Part shown: positions 6,220 to 11,829 of the stretch, one piece after another | Position numbering within the stretch: position 1 is the first letter of the stretch | How the letters are laid out: every line of letters begins with the position of its first letter | From: Myxococcota bacterium | Lineage (GTDB): Bacteria > Myxococcota_A > UBA9042 > PHBI01 > JAWLBL01 | Direction of reading: 5' to 3' | DNA: 13,292 nt | Assembly (NCBI GenBank): GCA_041687695.1 | Contig: JAWLBL010000057.1 | Location: 1-13,292 of the forward strand | Notes under the pieces: generated by a model | Seen by the model: only the letters and a program-made list of their open reading frames with translations | Databases searched by the model: none | Told to the model about the DNA's origin: nothing | Position numbers and translations under genes: made by a program

Positions 6220-8042
6220 TGCTCGCTCAGACGAACCCGGAACTACGGCTCATCGCGCTCGTCCGCGTCTCGACCCAGGGGCAAGCCGACGAGGGCACCC
6301 CGGAGACACAGAGGGCCATCATCAGGCGCATCGCCCAGCGCGAGGGGGTCACCGAAGACCGCCTCACGTGGGTCGAGGTATCGAACGTCAGTGGCGGCAA
6401 CTGGACCGCGACCCCCGAGTGGCGCCGGCACGTCGAGCCGTTCCTGAGCGACCCGAACGTCCACATCGCCTGTTACCACCCCGACCGGGTGTGCAGAGCG
6501 ACCAAGCCTGCCGAACTGGAAGCCCTGTACCAGATCCTGTCGTCGGGCACGCTCATCTACCACCCCATGGGAGTTAAGGTGCCGTCGCCTGATGGTGACT
6601 TCACCATCGACTACCTGGAGGGCCTTCTCGCAGGCCGCGAGAAGCTGCGGATCAAGCAGAGAACATGGGACGCCAAGGAGGACATGCGCAGGTCGGGGCA
6701 GGTCCCGGATCCCAGGCACCTACCGCTGGGCGTCACCTACGACCGCGAGTCCCAGAAGTGGAGCTACACCGAAGACGCCGAGATCGTCCGCCGCGCGTTC
6801 GAGATGTTCGTCGTTGACGGGATCGACAACCTGAGCGCGATCGGGCGGGCGTGCGGAGGGGTTCATGCCTCTCGAATCGCAGCGTGGATGCGCAACCCGC
6901 TCTACCGAGGTGTTCGCGTCATCGATCACTGGGCCAGAGGCGAGTACGTCCCGGGGCCTGACGGACGCCAGGGGACTCACAAGCTCGTGCCGCGTCCGAA
7001 GGATCAGATCATCCGGGTTCGGGTGTTCGACCCGGCCGACCAGCTGATCGACGATGAGACTTGGCGGGCCGCGAACGCACGACTCGACCAGCGAGCGGGC
7101 AAGCGGCGGGCTGCCCGCTCCACGAACCTCGACGCGATCTGGCTCACGGGCTTCATGTGGTCCGCGCACGAGAGGCTCGGGCCGCAGGCGGACGGCTGGA
7201 TCACACTGGACCTGAGCCGGCCGGCTGAACACGTCGTTTACGGAGCCAGCGGGTACCACGGGCTGCGCTACCACTGCGCCTGCAAGGGGACCCGCAACAG
7301 GCTGGAGAAGTGCGGCTTCCGGCACCTCGAAGCGGGAGTCGTCAACCGAGCCCTGGACAACTACCTGACCGCCATGTGCACCGAGGGTTGGTTCACGGAG
7401 CGAGTTCGCGCCGGTGGGAGCACCGCCAAACCGAAGAAGGACGAGCGGCCCATCCTGGAGGCGCAGATCCAAGCCGTGGAGCGCAAGCTCGCGCGCTTGG
7501 CCGACCTATACCTCGACGAGAAGATCAGCAGGGTCGAGCACGACAAGCGGCACGACGGCCTGACCACCGAGCGGTCCAGGCTACAGGCTGCCCTCGATGC
7601 CCTTGGTACGCTGCCCGTCGTCGACCAACAGGCCGTCGAGGACGCTCTGGCAGCGATGACGTGGGATGCGGGCTGGATGGCCGAAGCGAAGCGCGACTGG
7701 ATGGCACGCTACCGGGTACGGGTGCGCGTGAGCAACACCGGCGTCGAGTCTGTCAGCCTGCGGTTCGCAGGAGCCAACGGCCTCCCCACCTACGTCCTGA
7801 CCCATCCACGAACGTGGGAACAGCTCGCTGGCGTGAAGGACCCGGCCGACGCGCGCTCAAGGTCAGAGTCTGAGGGGTACTACGGCCGAGCCGAGGCGGT
7901 GGCGTACCTGGGCGTCAGCGTTGCCCGGTGGCGCTACTGGAACAAGCGCAGCTACCTGCCCGCCCCAGACCGGATGGCCGGCAAGCGGGGCGAGTGGCAC
8001 CGGGACACGCTGGAGAGCCTTCGTGGGCGGTTCAAACTGTAG
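6216..8042 (+). CDS. Large serine recombinase (integrase) with an extra C-terminal helix-turn-helix; start is GTG 6216 or ATG 6219
   Basis: Catalytic VRVSTQGQ (Ser codon 6270-6272) and DRVCR. Recombinase domain PLGVTY...EDAEIVRRAFEMF...NPLYRG...LIDDETW. Coiled coil LEAQIQAVERKLARLADLYLDEKIS. Confidence 0.95.
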   Translation: MMLAQTNPELRLIALVRVSTQGQADEGTPETQRAIIRRIAQREGVTEDRLTWVEVSNVSGGNWTATPEWRRHVEPFLSDPNVHIACYHPDRVCRATKPAELEALYQILSSGTLIYHPMGVKVPSPDGDFTIDYLEGLLAGREKLRIKQRTWDAKEDMRRSGQVPDPRHLPLGVTYDRESQKWSYTEDAEIVRRAFEMFVVDGIDNLSAIGRACGGVHASRIAAWMRNPLYRGVRVIDHWARGEYVPGPDGRQGTHKLVPRPKDQIIRVRVFDPADQLIDDETWRAANARLDQRAGKRRAARSTNLDAIWLTGFMWSAHERLGPQADGWITLDLSRPAEHVVYGASGYHGLRYHCACKGTRNRLEKCGFRHLEAGVVNRALDNYLTAMCTEGWFTERVRAGGSTAKPKKDERPILEAQIQAVERKLARLADLYLDEKISRVEHDKRHDGLTTERSRLQAALDALGTLPVVDQQAVEDALAAMTWDAGWMAEAKRDWMARYRVRVRVSNTGVESVSLRFAGANGLPTYVLTHPRTWEQLAGVKDPADARSRSESEGYYGRAEAVAYLGVSVARWRYWNKRSYLPAPDRMAGKRGEWHRDTLESLRGRFKL

Positions 8043-8310
8043 CCTGCGGGGACGTGGAGGCATCAAACCGGAAACCTCAATGATTTCGACTGCTGGGCGA
8101 CTCCTCCCGCTCCAGCCATCCTCCGCTCATTCGTCAGCCCACGTGCTAGCCGAAAGAAAGTGCATCGAGGATCCTGAGTGGTTCTCCCAGGTTGGCTGGG
8201 GTGGGGAATCCTCCAGGCTCAAGTCGGCGGGCTCGTCCCTATTAGGGGTGGCCTCGCCCCCTCCTCCATCCGAGTGGTGAGGTCGCAACCCTCTGACTGC
8301 GAGCCTCACC

Positions 8311-10491
8311 ATGAACGCAACGTCCCCCTCCGCATCCCCCCAGAGCCGCACCCCTCGCCTGCGCGAGCGCACCCACGGCGACGACGCCCTCGGCACCCCC
8401 GTGCACATCCTCGACACCGTGCGCCGCTTCGCCGGCAGGCGGTGCCGCCACGACCACAACGGCAGGATCAACCTCGACCCCGCCTCGTCCCCCGAACACA
8501 ACGCCCTCGTCGGGGCGGAGCGCATCTACACCGTCGAGGACGATGGACTCGCGCAGGTGTGGGACGCCCGTTTCCTCTGGCTGAATCCGCCCTTCGGGGT
8601 CCAGGCCGGCAGGAGCGTCAAGGCGATGTGGTTCGTCAAGGCGGTCGAGGAGTACCGGGCTGGGCACCTGACGGAAGCGGTCGTGCTCCTTCCGACGGCG
8701 CTCGACGCCAAGTGGTTCGGCGACGTGACGCCCTGGCCACGGGTGGACCTGCGCGACCGCGTGCGGTTCAGGGGCGCGGTAGGCGCCGGAGCGCAGACGC
8801 CCATCTGCCTCGTTTACCTGGGCTCCGACGTAGACGGGTTCTTCGAGTTCTTCGGGCAACTCGGCACGCCCGTTCCGGGTGTCACGCCCGACCGCGACGA
8901 CGGACCCGACCTGATCGGCGAGCTGTTCGAGTCGGCAGCGGCTGAGCCCAAGAAACCCGACACCCTCCACGCCTTCCTGAACCAACACCCCGGCGCCATC
9001 CTCGAACCGGCAGAGGTCACCCCCGACGACCTGCGCGCCTGGCTCGCCGAGGGGGATGAACACAACCGTGCCGGGGCGCGCAGCGCGTACCTCGTGGGTC
9101 GTGCACTGCTCGTCCAGCGCCAGACCACGAAGCACGGCAACGTCGCGAACTGGGCGGGAGAGCAGGCGTCCCTCCTCGGGCGGTCGGCCCGGACCATCCG
9201 GCTCTACGTTCAGGTCGCCCGAGCCGTCGATGCTGAATCGGCAACGCCGCTGCCGATCTCGGTCCTCGACCGTCCCCTGCGCGACGTTCCCTCCGCCATC
9301 CGCGCCGTTCGGGAGGGGCGGGACCCGGACGCCAGACCGGAACCCAAGCCGAAGCCACCCTCGAAGCCGAAGGTCGGCAAAGTCGAGCAGTGGCGCCAGA
9401 GCGCCCATGATCTGGTGTCGTCCCTGCCTCGCGGTGCGAGCCGTAAGGAACTCCTGCGTGCGCACCTGGTCGAGGTCTACCACGCGCTCCTGGCGGTGGA
9501 CCCCGAACTCGTGGAGCACGTGCCCCCGCAGCCGCAAGATGCCGACCAGACGCCCTTCGCGGTCGCGGCAGCGGCTGCTGTGGCAACGGACAAGCCCCTC
9601 CCGCCGAGTGTGCTGAAGGCGCGCAAGCTGGTCGTGCCGCCGATGACCTACGCGGGGGGCAAGACCCGCGTGAAGAAGCCCCTGGTCGAAGCGACCGGTG
9701 TTCTCGTCGGGTGCGGGATGTACGGCGACCGTGTGTTCCGCGAGCCCTTCGCGGGCGGAGGCGCTGTGTCGCTGAACATGCGCGCAACGGGACGTGCCGG
9801 GATGGTCTGGCTGAACGATGCCGAACGGGGTGTCGCGGCGTTCCACACCGCTGTCGTCCGCGAGCCCGGCGAACTCATCGACCGCGTGGAGTCCGTCCAG
9901 ATCACCAGCGAGCTGGTTTGGGACTGTTCGGCGGCGCTCGACGCCGGCGACCTGAAGGGGATCGATCTCGCAATGGCGGAACTGATCGTGAGGCAGTGCT
10001 TCTTCGGAGGGTTCGGGCGCATGTCCGGAAGCCTGCGCACGAACCTCACGTCCCGCTGGAACACCAGGCTAATCGTCACCCGCATCAAGACGGCGCACCG
10101 TCTTCTCAAGGGTCGAGTCCTCTACAACGAGTGCACGAACCTCGACGCCCGGGAGGTCATCGCCGCACCCGGTCAGTGCTTCATCTACGCCGACCCGCCC
10201 TACGTGCAGGCGGGACCGGACCTGTACCCGCAGCCGCTCGATGCGGCAATGCACCGGGAACTCGCCGGTGCACTCCTGGCGACCGACCAGCCCTGGCTCC
10301 TCTCCTACGACGACCATCCGCTCGTGCACGAGCTGTACAGAGGCTCCGTCTTCAACGAGATCCTCGTGCCACGCCAGAACAAGCCAGCCGTGCCTGAACT
10401 GCTGATCTGCCCGGCCGGACACGCCGACATCCTGCGCCCCGATGACGAGCCCGACCTCATCCAAGAAATCTTTGGACGCGGCGTGCCGTGA
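8311..10491 (+). CDS. Double DNA adenine methyltransferase fusion: phage-type N6-adenine MTase, DUF3102-like HTH and D12/Dam-class MTase (726 aa)
   Basis: N-terminal TP...LDPAS...DDGL...WLNPPFG...LLP...WF...RVRF. Middle VGRALL...KHG...W...SARTIRLYVQVA. C-terminal YAGGK, EPFAGGGAV, WLND, FIYADPPY, LLSYDD and ELLI. Confidence 0.9.
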   Translation: MNATSPSASPQSRTPRLRERTHGDDALGTPVHILDTVRRFAGRRCRHDHNGRINLDPASSPEHNALVGAERIYTVEDDGLAQVWDARFLWLNPPFGVQAGRSVKAMWFVKAVEEYRAGHLTEAVVLLPTALDAKWFGDVTPWPRVDLRDRVRFRGAVGAGAQTPICLVYLGSDVDGFFEFFGQLGTPVPGVTPDRDDGPDLIGELFESAAAEPKKPDTLHAFLNQHPGAILEPAEVTPDDLRAWLAEGDEHNRAGARSAYLVGRALLVQRQTTKHGNVANWAGEQASLLGRSARTIRLYVQVARAVDAESATPLPISVLDRPLRDVPSAIRAVREGRDPDARPEPKPKPPSKPKVGKVEQWRQSAHDLVSSLPRGASRKELLRAHLVEVYHALLAVDPELVEHVPPQPQDADQTPFAVAAAAAVATDKPLPPSVLKARKLVVPPMTYAGGKTRVKKPLVEATGVLVGCGMYGDRVFREPFAGGGAVSLNMRATGRAGMVWLNDAERGVAAFHTAVVREPGELIDRVESVQITSELVWDCSAALDAGDLKGIDLAMAELIVRQCFFGGFGRMSGSLRTNLTSRWNTRLIVTRIKTAHRLLKGRVLYNECTNLDAREVIAAPGQCFIYADPPYVQAGPDLYPQPLDAAMHRELAGALLATDQPWLLSYDDHPLVHELYRGSVFNEILVPRQNKPAVPELLICPAGHADILRPDDEPDLIQEIFGRGVP

Positions 10492-10648
10492 TTCTCGGAT
10501 TCTCGCCTTCGAGAAAGTCGGCTCCGAGAATCTGATTCTCGGGGGCTCAGATTCTCCGAAACGCGATTCTCGGGATCGAGAATCGGATTCTCGACGCGCT
10601 CAGATTCTCACGGTGGGGGTCTGCGAGAATCTGAGCACGTCGAGAATC
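10490..10648. repeat. Array of 11 GATTCTC/GAGAATC heptamers between convergent genes
   Basis: GATTCTC at 10490, 10498, 10534, 10550, 10565, 10586 and 10603. GAGAATC at 10526, 10578, 10625 and 10642. Confidence 0.95.
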
Positions 10649-10661
10649 TATGCTGCACGTC

Positions 10662-11414
10662 TCAGAATTCAGCGCCCATGCGAAGTAGTTGCTCGGAGTT
10701 GCCCATGCTCTGCACCGCGAGGGATTCGAGCAGCGTCCACTGATCCGGGTCCAAGTCCATCACGGCATCATGGCGGTAGATAAAGTGTCGGGCGAAGGTG
10801 TTCTCAAGCAACTCCTGCGTCTCGCCCAACTTGAACACTCGCGCTTCAGGAAGGCTCCCTTCCAAGGGCATGTCTTTGCGCTTCAGAGACTTCGAGCCAG
10901 GCTCCGGCGGTGGTGGGAATGGGCGTATCCGGTCGTAACGCAAGCGTTCTGGGATTCCCTCTTCGACCGAGCGCAGGTGCTCGTGCACTCGGTCGAGGTC
11001 CGATGGAAACAAGTCCTCCGCTCCAATCTTCGCGAGAATTTTCTTGAGTTCGTCCAGCAAGTTGCCGATGTGGTGGATTTCCTCAGCGAAGCGTTCAGGT
11101 GGGCATTCGTCAGGTAAGCCTCGCTGAAGACGCTGGATGCGTTGCTTATCTGCTGCCACTGAGTACGCGAGTCCGGTCACGTCCTTGATGGCGAGTTCGA
11201 AGGCGTGGCGCTGAAGGTAGGCGACTGGTAGGGCCACCTCGTCGGTTCGACCTTGCTCCGCCGCAACTTCGAGGGTCATGCGCGCCGCGAGGAGGTACGA
11301 GAGCCTGTAGTGCGGCTTCTTCCAGACTCCCCCGATCTTCGCGTCGTGGGTCTGTGCACCGGGCGTGCCGAAGCCGACGATCATGTCGTAGAGCCCATCA
11401 GGTGCCGCTCGCAT
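10662..11414 (-). CDS. Hypothetical helical protein, HEPN-like (250 aa)
   Basis: ATG at 11414 is preceded by AGGAG. Pattern SYLLAA...D..ALP..YLQRHAFELAIK...HHIGNL...RLRY resembles the ExxLK...HxL...RY layout of HEPN domains. GC content is lower than in neighbouring genes. Confidence 0.65.
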   Translation of the reverse strand: MRAAPDGLYDMIVGFGTPGAQTHDAKIGGVWKKPHYRLSYLLAARMTLEVAAEQGRTDEVALPVAYLQRHAFELAIKDVTGLAYSVAADKQRIQRLQRGLPDECPPERFAEEIHHIGNLLDELKKILAKIGAEDLFPSDLDRVHEHLRSVEEGIPERLRYDRIRPFPPPPEPGSKSLKRKDMPLEGSLPEARVFKLGETQELLENTFARHFIYRHDAVMDLDPDQWTLLESLAVQSMGNSEQLLRMGAEF

Positions 11415-11648
11415 ACCGGTTCTCCTAGAACGATTTCTTCGCGACGCGAAGCAGCCTGCCGCACCTCCTCCTCCTCCGCAAGCGCAGCACGGCCGACGCG
11501 CCCACTGAAATCGACAGGGCTCACCTGCCGACTTTCGGCGGGAGTCGAAAAATGTGCACCGGGGGGAGTGCATCGTGCCCATGAGCCGGGTAACGTGATG
11601 TGTGTCGGGCGGTGACCCCATCCGGCCGGGATCTGTGATGCTGTCATA

Positions 11649-11672
11649 CCCCTCCCCCGACGGGGGGAGGGG
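11649..11672. other. Perfect 10-bp hairpin in the divergent intergenic region upstream of the primase gene
   Basis: CCCCTCCCCC-GACG-GGGGGAGGGG. Confidence 0.7.
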
Positions 11673-11829
11673 GTGCTTCTCTAAAGTAGCAGCACCACGA
11701 GAGACCAAAGCACGACAGTAGAGCGATCCAACGGCTGGCGCAGCGCCCAGACACCAAGCGTGCAGCGTAGCCAGTCAGCCCTGCCGATGGATCTCCTGAC
11801 GCCATTCCACGGGCGAGGAGACGGCACGT

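Noticed and set aside
8242..9846. 534-aa minus-strand ORF and 11917..13215 minus-strand ORF
   Set aside because: Antisense to the methyltransferase and primase genes, with no recognisable motifs.
10490..10648. CRISPR array or coding repeat (ORF 10442..10783)
   Set aside because: The motifs are 7 bp, in both orientations and irregularly spaced; the ORF overlaps both flanking genes and only translates the repeats.
8311..11414. Classical type II restriction-modification pair
   Set aside because: The convergent gene looks all-helical and HEPN-like, with no evident PD-(D/E)xK, HNH or GIY-YIG motif; not fully excluded without a structure search.
11415..11708. Longer 348-aa start for the HEPN-like gene and small ORFs in the intergenic region
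   Set aside because: The extension is low-complexity and runs through hairpins, while ATG 11414 has a clear AGGAG RBS.
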